Positions 1-10,195 are shown, counted from the stretch's first letter. The stretch: DNA of 64,000 nucleotides from Candidatus Latescibacterota bacterium (GCA_965207885.1 OZ242311.1:5824001-5888000); one strand, 5' to 3'. The notes: a model not told the origin generated them from the sequence alone. Numbers and translations: made by a program.

Positions 1-2
1 GG

Positions 3-89
3 AAAGACCAGATCCTCCAAGATACCGCGCAGCGTTTCTACTATCAGTGGCTCGCCCAGACTTTTGATCTCAATATTCCAATTCCCTGA
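3..89 (+). CDS. 3' end of a gene entering from the left edge (…KDQILQDTAQRFYYQWLAQTFDLNIPIP*)
   Basis: Open frame from position 3 to TGA at 87-89. The frame choice is uncertain. Confidence 0.4.
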   Translation, partial: KDQILQDTAQRFYYQWLAQTFDLNIPIP

Positions 90-149
90 GAATGAATTGG
101 GCACCCGAATCTTCTTTGACTTTTTTTGTTGACTTTTTACTTTTCCTAT

Positions 150-1370
150 ATGTTCAGAAATATCTTTACATGTATTTTTTTCTTTTTCACAGCGGCGCAA
201 GCCAATGGCACACAACTCCTCGAAGCCGCAGCAAAGGGACACCTGTCCGATGTGCAGGCGCGTCTGGGTGCAGGCGATAATGCAAATGCCCGGGACAAAT
301 ACGGCACCACCGTGCTGATGGTCGCAGCCAGGGGCGGGCATACAGACATCGTCAATGCGCTTCTCGAAAAAAGTGCCGATCCCAATGCTCAGGGAATGAG
401 CGGAGAAACGGCATTGATCGTTGCGGCTTTTCAAGGACATATCCAGACGGTACAGGCACTTTTATCGGGCAAAGCCGATCCCAATATTCAGGACAAGCAC
501 GGTGCCACTGCTTTGATGTCCGCTGCTTTTGATGGGCATACAGATATTGTCAATGTCCTCTTAAAAAAAGGCGCAAATCTCCATTTGAAAAATGCCCATG
601 GCGCCACTGCGTTGATGCCCGCAGCAGTAGAAGGCCACACAACCACGCTCCAGGCTTTGATAGACGCGGGCGCAGATGTCAACGCGCAGGATAACGACGA
701 ACGCACGGCTCTCATGAGCGCGATTGTTGCAGGCCATACATATGCAGTAAAAGTTCTCCTCGAAAACGGCGCTGATCCCAATATCAGAGATAAGGACAGC
801 CGGACTGCGCTCACCTGGGCGTCAATCGAAGGTCAAACAGATATGGTCGATGCCCTCCTGAATGCGGGTGCCGATCCCAATGCCAAAGACAACCTGGGCG
901 ATACCCCCTTGCTATTGGCTGCATTCAAAGGTCATACCGCTATTGTCGATACGCTCCTGACAAAAGGAGGTATTCCCAATATCAGAGGCGGTGCTGGCGA
1001 AACCCCTCTGATGCGTGCTATTTTACAAGATCACCGCCAAACCGTGCGGGTGCTCATAGCAAGAGGAGCAGACCTCAACGCTAGGGATAACATGGGCGAT
1101 ACAGCTTTGATGGGGGCTGCGTGGGATGGTAAAACCGAACGAATCGAATTTCTACTGGAAGTGGGCGCGAATGTCAATGCGCCCGACAGAGAGGGCCGCA
1201 CGCCCTTGATGGCCGCTGCGTTTGAAGGACACGTCGAAGCTGTCCGCGCGCTCTTAAGAGATGGTGCCGATGTCGCAATTGAGGACAAAGACGGCGTTAC
1301 AGCCTTGATGTGGGCCAGGGCAAAAGGGCATACGGCTATTGTTCAGGAATTGGAACGAGTGGACGAATAG
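150..1370 (+). CDS. Secreted ankyrin-repeat protein (~11-12 ANK repeats)
   Basis: Repeated 33-aa G-x-T-A-L-M-x-A-A-x-x-G-H…LL-x-x-GA-D-x-N units. Signal-peptide-like N-terminus (MFRNIFTCIFFFFTAAQA) from ATG 150. Confidence 0.95.
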   Translation: MFRNIFTCIFFFFTAAQANGTQLLEAAAKGHLSDVQARLGAGDNANARDKYGTTVLMVAARGGHTDIVNALLEKSADPNAQGMSGETALIVAAFQGHIQTVQALLSGKADPNIQDKHGATALMSAAFDGHTDIVNVLLKKGANLHLKNAHGATALMPAAVEGHTTTLQALIDAGADVNAQDNDERTALMSAIVAGHTYAVKVLLENGADPNIRDKDSRTALTWASIEGQTDMVDALLNAGADPNAKDNLGDTPLLLAAFKGHTAIVDTLLTKGGIPNIRGGAGETPLMRAILQDHRQTVRVLIARGADLNARDNMGDTALMGAAWDGKTERIEFLLEVGANVNAPDREGRTPLMAAAFEGHVEAVRALLRDGADVAIEDKDGVTALMWARAKGHTAIVQELERVDE

Positions 1371-1374
1371 ACGA

Positions 1375-1445
1375 GAAAAGCGCGAATAGACGAATAGACG
1401 AATCCCGCCCCGCCACCTCAAGTTGTTACAAAATCCGCCGTTGAT
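1375..1445 (+). repeat. Dispersed intergenic element, copy 1 (GAATAGAC tandem arm + conserved core)
   Basis: GAAAAGCGCGAATAGACGAATAGACGAA…CCACC..AAGT.GTTACAAA.TCCG.CGTTGAT matches the reverse complement of 63480-63604. Confidence 0.8.
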
Positions 1446-1507
1446 GAACTGCTGGCGCAGTTGTACCCCGCTCCGTTGATTCGTAGAGAGGATTGGAATT
1501 ACGTCCT

Positions 1508-2491
1508 ATGTCTGTCAAAAAAACACATACACTCTGGGTTGTTACGCCCGCTGTCGATCTTTCCTGCATCACTCTGGGCTGGTTGCTTTTCTTTTTTGCT
1601 CCCTACCTGTTTCCCAAATACTTCGATACCATCCGGATTATCTCTGTCACGTTTCTTTTTGCGACTCACCGCTACTTCACGTTTCTCCTCGTCTATTTAG
1701 ACCGCGCCGAATTTAGCCGCGCTCGCGTTCTTTATACGCTTATCCCCATCCTCTGTTTTATCTTTGTCGGACTCTGTTATTTTTTTCGCATTGACGAACC
1801 CGAAATGTTCGCCTTCTGGTATCTCTTTAACTATTTTCACTTTGTTCGTCAGAAATACGGCATTCTCCGCATCTACTCCGGCAAAGCGCGATGGGGCCAC
1901 AAGCGCCTCGATGCGTGGACGATGTATCTCTGGGGGCTGGCAGGTTTCTTTTATCTTTTTGGTTCAGAAGCCGATGTCAAGGTCATGCACTATCTTCGCA
2001 ACCTGCTCGACTTCACGCCTCCGCTCCTGATCTCCCACATTTTATATGGACTGGCTATTCTGGTCACCCTGGCCTGGCTATTCTATGAATTTCGCGGTGC
2101 CCAGAGTGTCAGTTTTCCCAAATTGCTCTTTTTTGCCTCTGTGGTCTTTCTCTACGGCATTGGCCCCACCCTATCGGCAGGTGCCATCTACATTGCTACC
2201 AGTATCAATCACGCTTCCGAATACATCGCTCTGGTCGCGCTTACAATAAAAAATAAAGTCCGCACCTCGGCTCTTGACGCGCCACTTCTCAATAGGGCAG
2301 CAACCCATATTGTACGCAATACCTTTCTCTTTACCGCAGTTATCTGCGGCATTCTCTATGGTCTTTACGTCTGGTCCATTTTTGCCTTCCTCTTTTTTGC
2401 CTACGGCACCTCATTTGCCCACTTTGTTCTGGATGGTATGATCTGGAAACTCCGCCGTCCCAAAGTCGCCCGCGAAGTAGGGACAGCTTAG
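1508..2491 (+). CDS. Polytopic membrane protein with conserved His motifs, function unknown
   Basis: About 9 hydrophobic segments. Motifs THRYFT, FHFVRQKYG, NHASEY and HFVLDGMIWK. Start is ATG 1508 or TTG 1493. Confidence 0.75.
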   Translation: MSVKKTHTLWVVTPAVDLSCITLGWLLFFFAPYLFPKYFDTIRIISVTFLFATHRYFTFLLVYLDRAEFSRARVLYTLIPILCFIFVGLCYFFRIDEPEMFAFWYLFNYFHFVRQKYGILRIYSGKARWGHKRLDAWTMYLWGLAGFFYLFGSEADVKVMHYLRNLLDFTPPLLISHILYGLAILVTLAWLFYEFRGAQSVSFPKLLFFASVVFLYGIGPTLSAGAIYIATSINHASEYIALVALTIKNKVRTSALDAPLLNRAATHIVRNTFLFTAVICGILYGLYVWSIFAFLFFAYGTSFAHFVLDGMIWKLRRPKVAREVGTA

Positions 2492-2630
2492 CGGGTTTAT
2501 CTCACTTCTGAAATTGATGAATCTAAGCCCCCATATAAGCGTGTAATGTTCTTAAGGGCCTGTATAATTTTTCTTGTCATAGACCACAATTTTCGTTATT
2601 TATTATATACCTTGATTCATAATCAGTATA

Positions 2631-2670
2631 ACTGTAAATAATTGTAAATAAATGTGAATAAATGTAACTG
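2631..2670 (+). promoter_or_regulatory. Four phased ~10-bp AT-rich direct repeats upstream of the DUF1552 gene (candidate regulator site)
   Basis: actgtaaata/attgtaaata/aatgtgaata/aatgtaactg, just upstream of the AAGGAG SD. Confidence 0.35.
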
Positions 2671-2694
2671 TAATCGCAAAAAAAGGAGCCTCCC

Positions 2695-3966
2695 ATGAAA
2701 TCCCTGAACCGGCGCACATTTCTCAGGAATGCAGGTGTTTGTCTGGCATTGCCGTTTTTAGACGCCATGATCCCCGTGGGGCGGGCTGCGAGTCAGGCAT
2801 TTGCCCTTGCCCGCGAACAAGCCGCAAAGCGGCTGGTATGTATTGGCAATCCCTTCGGAATGATCCCCGAGCGATTCTTCCCAACGGGAAGCGGTGCAAA
2901 TTACGCACTCCCCTCCCTCCTGCAACCACTATCAGCGCATCAACGAGATTTTACGATCTTTTCCAACCTGGACCACGGCGTAACCGGCGGACACCGCACC
3001 GCGCATACATTCTTGAGCGGCATCCGCATCAAAGACGCCAAAATGATGCCCGAAGGCAACATCAGCATCGATCAAAAAGCCGCGGAATTCGTGGGCGTCA
3101 ACACGCGGTTTCCCTCCTTAAATGTAAGCATCAATGGCCACTGCGAAATGGTCTGGACGCGCACGGGCGTGCGGGTACCCCCAATTAACAATCCCCAAAA
3201 AGTATTCCAAGCACTCTTTGTAGATACCACCGCACAAGAAAAAGAACAGCGTGCAATCGCACTCGAGCAGCACGGCAGCATCTTAGATGCCGTAATGGGC
3301 GAAGCGCGATCCTTTGAGCGCAAACTGGGCCAAAGAGATCGGGAAAAACTGGAAGAATATCTGACCTCTGTGCGCACAGTCGAGAAAAAGCTGGGCATGT
3401 CCAAAGCGTGGCTGGACAAACCCAAACCCCAGGTCAATATGGAAATGCCGGAAAATGGACCCTTTGTCGAAACCCTGCCCTTGATGTACGACCTCATTGC
3501 CCTATCACTGCAAACCGACTCCACGCGGGTAGCAACCCTGGAAGTGGGCCAGGGGATCAAAACTACGGACCTGGGCTTGAACACGAATTACCACAAATAC
3601 TCGCACCACGGCAAATTGCCCGAACTCATGGAAGGCCTGACAATAATAGAAAAATATCAGATGAAACACCTGGGCCTGTTCTTCGACAAACTCAAAGCGA
3701 TTGAAGACCCCGCCGGGGGAACCCTGTTTGATCACACCATGGTATTATCCGGCAGCGGCATGGGCAACGGCAGTTCGCACTCCAACAAAAACCTGCCAAT
3801 ATTGCTCGCGGGTGGCGGATTCAAACACGGGCAGCACATGGTATTCCCAGAAGCAAAGCCCCAGCGCGTTCCACTGAGCAATCTGTACCTATCGATGTTG
3901 CAAAATTTCGGGCTGGAAATCGATCACTTTGGCCAGAGCACCGGCACGCTAAAAGGATTCGAATAA
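2695..3966 (+). CDS. DUF1552-family protein with twin-arginine N-terminus
   Basis: LNRRTFLR…LALPFLDAM start, SIDQ, D.TRVAT, GSGMGNGSSHSN.NLP..LAGG and PLSNLYLSML…FG.STG motifs. AAGGAG SD. Confidence 0.9.
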   Translation: MKSLNRRTFLRNAGVCLALPFLDAMIPVGRAASQAFALAREQAAKRLVCIGNPFGMIPERFFPTGSGANYALPSLLQPLSAHQRDFTIFSNLDHGVTGGHRTAHTFLSGIRIKDAKMMPEGNISIDQKAAEFVGVNTRFPSLNVSINGHCEMVWTRTGVRVPPINNPQKVFQALFVDTTAQEKEQRAIALEQHGSILDAVMGEARSFERKLGQRDREKLEEYLTSVRTVEKKLGMSKAWLDKPKPQVNMEMPENGPFVETLPLMYDLIALSLQTDSTRVATLEVGQGIKTTDLGLNTNYHKYSHHGKLPELMEGLTIIEKYQMKHLGLFFDKLKAIEDPAGGTLFDHTMVLSGSGMGNGSSHSNKNLPILLAGGGFKHGQHMVFPEAKPQRVPLSNLYLSMLQNFGLEIDHFGQSTGTLKGFE

Positions 3967-3968
3967 AA

Positions 3969-6434
3969 ATGAAAAAAAGCGTTCTATTCCTCCTGATCGG
4001 CATTTTTCTCTCAGCGACTGCATGGGCAGAAGGGGATGCGACATACAAAAACACCGTGCGGACGTTTCTGGCGCAGCGATGTTATAAATGCCACGGCGCA
4101 GAGCTTCAAAAAGCAGACCTGCGGTTTGACACCCTCACGTTGGATTTTCACAATGAAGATGTATTGCTAACGTGGCAAAATATCGCCGACATGTTAAACC
4201 TCGGCTTAATGCCGCCCTATGAAGAGCCGCAGCCCGAACTCGCGGAAATGATGCCCGTGATCGACTGGATCACCGCCTCGCTAAAAGCGCATTACGAAGC
4301 CGAAGAAAGCACGGGCGGACAAACGGTCTTGCGCCGGTTAAATCGGAACGAATACCGCAACACCATTCGGGATCTATTGCATCTGGACATGACCATATTC
4401 GACCCCACAGATGCATTTCCCCAGGACGATGAAGAACACGGATTCGACAACATCGGCAAAACCCTCGTCATGTCGGATTTCCTGGTCGAAAAATATCTCG
4501 ACGCCGCCGATCAAATCGTACAACGCGCTGTATTGCCCGGCCCACCGCCAGAAGTGAAAACACACGAATTCACCTTTCCCATCATGCGTGGGGCCGGTGG
4601 ATTTTTGACACCGGCGAGCCGCCGCTTGAAACAGGGATACGACGAGATATTCCGCCGACCCGACGACCGCTGGGGATATATGTCCATCGACAGATTCCGA
4701 AAAGGCGTACCGCATTCGGGAATGTACCGCGTTCGCGTTCGCGCATCTGCACACAACCAGCAACACCCCTATGACAAAGCACTGCGAACAGACGAAAATG
4801 AACCCATGCGCCTGGGCATTGTCGCCGCATCCGGGCGTTATGGCGACCTGCGGCAGAGCAACACATCGGATATAACACTGGCCGAATTTGAAATGATCGC
4901 AGATGGCAAACCCCGCGATTACGAACGCGAACTCTATCTGGACGAATCCTACGTGCCGCGCGTCACCTATCCAAACGGACCGATCTCCCTTTATTGGCGG
5001 AGCATTCTGAGGCGTTATCATCCCCAGCTATACGACAAAACAGACCGGCGCAAACTGTCTCAGAGAGAAGACCAAGAACTCGTACATCGGCAAACCGAAG
5101 TCGCAGTCATGAACTATCTGGGACCGAGCATTCGCATATACAAAGTCGAAATCGAAGGTCCCCTTTACGACCAGTGGCCCCCGCCTTCGCACACGAGTAT
5201 CTTTGGCAAGCGCGACCCCGACAAAATCAAACCGCGCGATATCCTGACCCGCTTTGCCACGCGCGCGTATCGCCGCCCGGTCAAACACAGTGAAATCGCG
5301 CACATCCTGCAACTGGTCGAACAACGAGAAAAAGCCGGTGCCTCGCGCGTTCAGGCCATCACAATGGGCTTAAAAGCCATCTTGTGTTCGCCCAATTTCC
5401 TCTATCTCTACGAAAACGAAGGCCAATTAGAAGACTACGCCCTCGCGTCCAAACTCTCGTATTTTCTCTGGTCATCCATGCCCGATGAAGAATTATTTGC
5501 GCTGGCAAAGAAAAAGCGATTGCACAAACCGGACGTCTTGCGCGCGCAAATCGATCGCATGTTAAAAGACGAAAAGGGGCAGGCATTTGTAGAGAACTTC
5601 ACAGAGCGATGGTTGGCCCTGTACAAAATCGGCGAAATGCCGCCCGACCCTCGCAATTTCCGACTGTACTATCAGGCGCATCTCGAAGACGCGATCAAAA
5701 AAGAAACCCACGCCTTCTTCCAGCACATCCTGGACAAAAACATGAGCATCGCGCATTTCATCGACTCGGACTTCACCTTCATCAACCGCGACCTGAGCTT
5801 GTTATACCGCATAGAAGGCGTAGAGGGCCGGGAATTTCGCAAAGTAAAACTCAACGACCCCAAACGCGGCGGCCTGTTGGGACACGCCAGTGTATTGACA
5901 GCAACATCGAACGGAATCGAAACATCGCCAGTAGTGCGCGGCGTATGGGTATTGGAAAACATACTGGGCACACCACCCCCGCCACCCCTGCCCGATATCG
6001 AACCACTTGAACCCGACATTCGGGGATCGACGACCATTCGCCAGCAACTGGCAAGCCACCGCGAAATCGCCACCTGTAACGAATGCCATCGCCACATTGA
6101 CCCCATAGGCTTTGCACTGGAAAATTTCAATCCCATAGGCGCGTGGCGATATGGTTACGGACCCAAGAAACCAAAAATAGATGCGTCAGATGTCCTGTCT
6201 GACGGCAGCAAATTCGATGGCCTTGTGGCCTTTAAGAAAATATTGATGCAAAAGAAAGATCAATTTGCCCGCTGCCTGACCGAAAAGATGCTCACCTATG
6301 CGACCGGGCGCACACTGGAAGCCACTGACCGCCCCGAAGTGGATCGCATCGTACACAACTTAAAAACACAGGGCTATGGCTTGAAAGACCTGGTCATGCT
6401 CGTGGCGACGAGTGAACCGTTCTTGACCAAATAG
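3969..6434 (+). CDS. Planctomycete-type cytochrome c protein with DUF1587/1595/1592/1588/1585 (PSD) domains
   Basis: Signal peptide. Heme motifs CYKCH and CNECH. LRRLNRNEYRNTIRDLL, GFDN, ALASKLSYFLWSSMPD, TSPVVRGVWVLENILG and DPIGFALENF motifs. Confidence 0.9.
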   Translation: MKKSVLFLLIGIFLSATAWAEGDATYKNTVRTFLAQRCYKCHGAELQKADLRFDTLTLDFHNEDVLLTWQNIADMLNLGLMPPYEEPQPELAEMMPVIDWITASLKAHYEAEESTGGQTVLRRLNRNEYRNTIRDLLHLDMTIFDPTDAFPQDDEEHGFDNIGKTLVMSDFLVEKYLDAADQIVQRAVLPGPPPEVKTHEFTFPIMRGAGGFLTPASRRLKQGYDEIFRRPDDRWGYMSIDRFRKGVPHSGMYRVRVRASAHNQQHPYDKALRTDENEPMRLGIVAASGRYGDLRQSNTSDITLAEFEMIADGKPRDYERELYLDESYVPRVTYPNGPISLYWRSILRRYHPQLYDKTDRRKLSQREDQELVHRQTEVAVMNYLGPSIRIYKVEIEGPLYDQWPPPSHTSIFGKRDPDKIKPRDILTRFATRAYRRPVKHSEIAHILQLVEQREKAGASRVQAITMGLKAILCSPNFLYLYENEGQLEDYALASKLSYFLWSSMPDEELFALAKKKRLHKPDVLRAQIDRMLKDEKGQAFVENFTERWLALYKIGEMPPDPRNFRLYYQAHLEDAIKKETHAFFQHILDKNMSIAHFIDSDFTFINRDLSLLYRIEGVEGREFRKVKLNDPKRGGLLGHASVLTATSNGIETSPVVRGVWVLENILGTPPPPPLPDIEPLEPDIRGSTTIRQQLASHREIATCNECHRHIDPIGFALENFNPIGAWRYGYGPKKPKIDASDVLSDGSKFDGLVAFKKILMQKKDQFARCLTEKMLTYATGRTLEATDRPEVDRIVHNLKTQGYGLKDLVMLVATSEPFLTK

Positions 6435-6459
6435 CCGCCAACTTTACATAAAGACAAAC

Positions 6460-6494
6460 AAAACCGCTCTGGTGTCATTCCAGAGCGGTTTTTT
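6460..6494 (+). terminator. Intrinsic terminator after the DUF1592 gene
   Basis: AAAACCGCTCTGG-7nt-CCAGAGCGGTTTTTT. Confidence 0.85.
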
Positions 6495-6510
6495 CTTTTG
6501 TAAAAAAATG

Positions 6511-7708
6511 CATGGTACACGACAAAACTTAAATTGTTTTAAACAGTGGCGGATTACTCAGTAAACGAATGCATATGAGGAACTGTTGGGTTTGTTGGTT
6601 TATATTGAGCAGGACATACTGCAAATAGTCCAACCCATATCGGAAGAGACTTTTCTCCATCCGCCCGTGATTTTTGATCGTCAAAGGATTTGTTTTTGCT
6701 ATCCATTCGCCGATGATATGCGCCCAGATGCAGGCAATGGCCAAAAGCGCGATGAGTTTCTCAATGCGGTCTTGATGTATAAGATGGGTCTCTTCCAGAT
6801 TAAATCCTCGACTTTTAAGATTGGCAAAAAGGACTTCAATGCCCCATCGTTTTTTATAGGTATCCAATGCGGCTTGACCTTTTTGGTTGCTGGCAAGAAT
6901 GAGGTATTGGTCCTTCAATCTTAGTGCAGACAGATATACAGGCAGGTCATAAACGCGGTGGCGTTTGCACAAGTTGACCTGCTGATGGATATTAAGATTT
7001 TCAAACCGTTTTCTTATGGGGATCTCTCTACCGCCTGATGAGACAAGAGCGTTTTCCTTGATGCGAATAACAAAGGGTATATTTTGTGTGTCTAACCACC
7101 TAAACCATTCTCTTCCAATAAATTCTCTGTCTGCGACGACAACGCGGATATGCGATTTGCAGATGCAGTTGAGCATTTCTTGCATCAAATGGATACGCTC
7201 ATCACTATTGGAATTGCCCCGTTTTTTTAACAAGTGCCAACAGATAGGAAAGGCGACCCCTTCATAGATAATGCCTGCGGTTAGGATGTTGATATTGAAT
7301 TTTCCCAACTTCCAATTGGTGCGATCTATTGAGACTATAAAATCCGACTTTATAGGTAATAAGTGCAAGATCAATTGTCTCACACACGCATAGGGTAAGG
7401 CAAAGTGGGCAAAGAAGCGTTGGATACGACGATAATTAGATTTCTGCTTGACGGTTCCATTGAGTGCGTTTGCCAGTTTCATAAAATTGACGCTACGCAA
7501 TTTTATCAGCGACAATATGAACGCAGCGGTAAACGTTATTCGGGCTTTATGCCAGTGAAAATATCCTTGCATAATCGTTTGAAGTTCAATAGTTTCAGGA
7601 GACATAGACCTGTGCCTTGTTAAGATGAGAAAGGTTTGTCTTGGGACATTCAAACCTAACTCTTTTTAGCTTTTTTCACAGGTCTTTTATTTTTTGTCGT
7701 GTACTATG
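6511..7708 (-). mobile_element. IS4-family insertion sequence, ~1.2 kb
   Basis: 17-bp terminal inverted repeats with 1 mismatch: CATGGTACACGACAAAA (6511-6527) and TTTTGTCGTGTACTATG (7692-7708). A-rich imperfect flanking duplication (taaaaaaatg / gaaaaaaata). Confidence 0.9.
6529..7605 (-). CDS. IS4-family DDE transposase
   Basis: IDRTNW, VADREF, and YKKRWGIEVLF..LK.RGF (the YREK motif of IS4 transposases). The ORF is intact. Start is ATG 7605 or TTG 7653. Confidence 0.92.
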   Translation of the reverse strand: MSPETIELQTIMQGYFHWHKARITFTAAFILSLIKLRSVNFMKLANALNGTVKQKSNYRRIQRFFAHFALPYACVRQLILHLLPIKSDFIVSIDRTNWKLGKFNINILTAGIIYEGVAFPICWHLLKKRGNSNSDERIHLMQEMLNCICKSHIRVVVADREFIGREWFRWLDTQNIPFVIRIKENALVSSGGREIPIRKRFENLNIHQQVNLCKRHRVYDLPVYLSALRLKDQYLILASNQKGQAALDTYKKRWGIEVLFANLKSRGFNLEETHLIHQDRIEKLIALLAIACIWAHIIGEWIAKTNPLTIKNHGRMEKSLFRYGLDYLQYVLLNINQQTQQFLICIRLLSNPPLFKTI

Positions 7709-7898
7709 GAAAAAAATAAAGAAATATCGAGTTTATCTCTGTTTAATCTTTTTGAAATAATTTGAATGTAACTTTTTGCCCGTCACAATGACCATATTGA
7801 GTATTACTTTGTTGAAAGGAGGCTTTTTGTAGTCTAACCTATTCGTTAAGAAGATTTTGTTTTTTCGAGGAACCACACACAATGGAGGTATTACACGT

Positions 7899-9164
7899 AT
7901 GAAAAAGTTTTTGAATATTTTGTTTGCCGCTGCACTGCTATGCACCACGGGTCTTTCTGTTCACGCAGAGGAGACTGTTAAACTCGGCGTGTTGCACTCT
8001 CTGAGCGGGACTATGGCGATCTCTGAGGTTTCACTGCGCGATGTCGTGCTTATGGCTGTTGGAGAGATCAATGCCAGTGGCGGCGTGCTGGGTAAGAAGA
8101 TTGAACCCGTGGTTGTCGATCCGGCATCGGATTGGGATCTGTTTGCCGAGAAAGCCAAAATGCTGCTTCGGGAAGAAAATGTCGCTGTGACTTTTGGTTG
8201 CTGGACTTCGGTTTCGCGCAAGTCTGTTTTGCCGGTTTTTGAAGAGAGCAATGGTTTGCTCTTTTATCCGGTTCAATACGAAGGGGAGGAGTGTTCTCGC
8301 AATATCATTTATACCGGTGCTACGCCCAACCAGCAGTTGATTCCCGCTGCTGAATATCTGATGAGTGAAGAAGGGGGCAGTTATAAGAAGTTTTATTTGC
8401 TGGGTACGGACTATGTTTTTCCGCGTACTGCGAATAAGATTCTTCGCGCTTTCTTGCTGCACAAGGGTGTGCCCGAAGAAAATATTATTGAAGAATATAC
8501 GCCTTTTCACCATCAGGACTATCAGACCATAGTCCAGAAGATCAAGCGCTTTGCCGCAAATGGCGACGCCGCTGTTTTATCTACTATTAATGGCGATTCC
8601 AATGTTCCGTTCTATAAGGAATTTGCCAATCAGGGTCTCACATCGGCGATGTGCCCGATTATGGCGTTTTCTGTTGCTGAAGACGAGTTGCGCTCGATGG
8701 ATACGGAGTTTCTCGTTGGTCATCTGGCTGCCTGGAATTATTTCCAATCTATTTCCTCTGCGGACAATCGCGCGTTTGTGAAGAAATTTAAGGATTATTG
8801 CGCGGCAAATGGGTTGCCCGGTGGTGCCAAGCGGGTTACTGACGATCCCATTGTGTGGTCTTATGTGGGTGTTTATCTGTGGAAAGCTGCTGTGGAAAAA
8901 GCCGGTTCTTTTGATGTTGATGCCGTGCGTCCCGCGCTTTACAGCCTCAAGTTTGACGGTCCGGGGGGTACGGTGATGATGGATCCGGTGAATCACCATT
9001 TGCACAAGCCCGTGCTGATTGGCGAGATCCGCAAGAACGGTCAATTCAAGATTGTATATGAGACCGATGGCCTCGTTGCTCCCGATCCCTGGGACGATAT
9101 CACGAGTGCGGACAAAGATTGCGATCATGTCAAGTACATGGGAACCTATATGCTGGGTCAGTAA
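7899..9164 (+). CDS. urtA: Urea ABC transporter substrate-binding protein
   Basis: VKLGVLHSLSGTMAISE, FGCWTSVSRKSVLPVFE, FYPVQYEGEE, GTDYVFPRTAN. GGAGG SD. Confidence 0.95.
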   Translation: MKKFLNILFAAALLCTTGLSVHAEETVKLGVLHSLSGTMAISEVSLRDVVLMAVGEINASGGVLGKKIEPVVVDPASDWDLFAEKAKMLLREENVAVTFGCWTSVSRKSVLPVFEESNGLLFYPVQYEGEECSRNIIYTGATPNQQLIPAAEYLMSEEGGSYKKFYLLGTDYVFPRTANKILRAFLLHKGVPEENIIEEYTPFHHQDYQTIVQKIKRFAANGDAAVLSTINGDSNVPFYKEFANQGLTSAMCPIMAFSVAEDELRSMDTEFLVGHLAAWNYFQSISSADNRAFVKKFKDYCAANGLPGGAKRVTDDPIVWSYVGVYLWKAAVEKAGSFDVDAVRPALYSLKFDGPGGTVMMDPVNHHLHKPVLIGEIRKNGQFKIVYETDGLVAPDPWDDITSADKDCDHVKYMGTYMLGQ

Positions 9165-9215
9165 AAATTTGGGCGGGGCTACTGGATTGCTCCGCCCGCA
9201 AAACAGGAGAAAAAA

Positions 9216-10115
9216 ATGAAAAAACTGTTGTTGCTTCTCGCGCTGCTGGCTTTTTCCGCCACTTCGTCATTCGCTCAGATCAAAATTACAGATAACCTCA
9301 CGGTTATGGGATTTTTTGATATGTCGTCAACGTATGATACGGCAACCAAATCCAATAGTCTGTCTTTTGATCAGTTTGAAGTTGACTTTATTTACAATTA
9401 TGGACACGGGCTGTCAGCCCAGGCCGATATCAATAGCCTCAGTGGTGGCTCTGTTGATCTCGAGCAGGCTTTTGTGACTTACAAAGCGCCGAATGGCGTT
9501 AGCATTACGGGCGGTAAATTTTTGAGTTGTTCGGGTTGGGAGACTGCAGAACCCACAGGTTTGTATCAATATTCTTATTCTGCTACACTTGTTTATGGTG
9601 GTTATCAAAATGGCGCTGCTGTGGGTTTTGGCAATGGCAAAGTCGGCTTTTTTGGCTCTGTTGTCTCCAGCGTGTGGGATGGGACCGATACCAGTTTTGA
9701 CGATCTGGGTTTTGAAGCACAGGTTGCTTTTACACCTGTTGAAGCATTTACGGCGAAGGTCGCGTATCTCTGGGAAGATATGGGTGGTTTTGAACAGTCG
9801 CTCGTCAATGCCTGGGGAATGTATGCCACGGGTCCCGTGACACTGGCTGCGGAATACAACTATCTGGCGAACTGGGGGGAAAGTGGCAATAGTGGCTATG
9901 GCTGGATTTTAATGGGTAATATGGCTTTGTCCGACAAGGTCGGTGCGACTGTGCGCTATAGCGGTCTGGATACAGATGCCGATGGAAAGTTTACGGAGAT
10001 TACCTTTAGTCCCAGTTATACGATTACCGATAACTGGGGTGTGTTGGCCGAATTGCGCCGCGATATTGATTCCGAAGTAACCCTGTTTGCTTTTGAATCT
10101 ATTTTTACGTTTTAA
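9216..10115 (+). CDS. Outer-membrane beta-barrel porin, putative urea/amide channel
   Basis: Signal peptide, alternating beta-strand pattern, C-terminal Phe, position inside the urt operon. Confidence 0.75.
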   Translation: MKKLLLLLALLAFSATSSFAQIKITDNLTVMGFFDMSSTYDTATKSNSLSFDQFEVDFIYNYGHGLSAQADINSLSGGSVDLEQAFVTYKAPNGVSITGGKFLSCSGWETAEPTGLYQYSYSATLVYGGYQNGAAVGFGNGKVGFFGSVVSSVWDGTDTSFDDLGFEAQVAFTPVEAFTAKVAYLWEDMGGFEQSLVNAWGMYATGPVTLAAEYNYLANWGESGNSGYGWILMGNMALSDKVGATVRYSGLDTDADGKFTEITFSPSYTITDNWGVLAELRRDIDSEVTLFAFESIFTF

Positions 10116-10127
10116 CTTGAAAAAGCA

Positions 10128-10195
10128 CACCGCAAAAGAGGGATGCCGCTTTCCTCTGGTTCTCTCCCAGGTGGGCGGTGTCTCTCGCTGTGGTG
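10128..10195 (+). other. Long imperfect intergenic RNA hairpin between porin and urtB
   Basis: CACCGCA…TGTGGTG outer stem and GAGGGATGCCGCT…GGCGGTGTCTCTC inner stem (with G-U pairs). No U-tract. Confidence 0.55.

Noticed and set aside
7710-7898. Riboswitch or sigma54 site upstream of urtA
   Set aside because: No guanidine-riboswitch motifs or GG-N10-GC consensus could be identified by eye.
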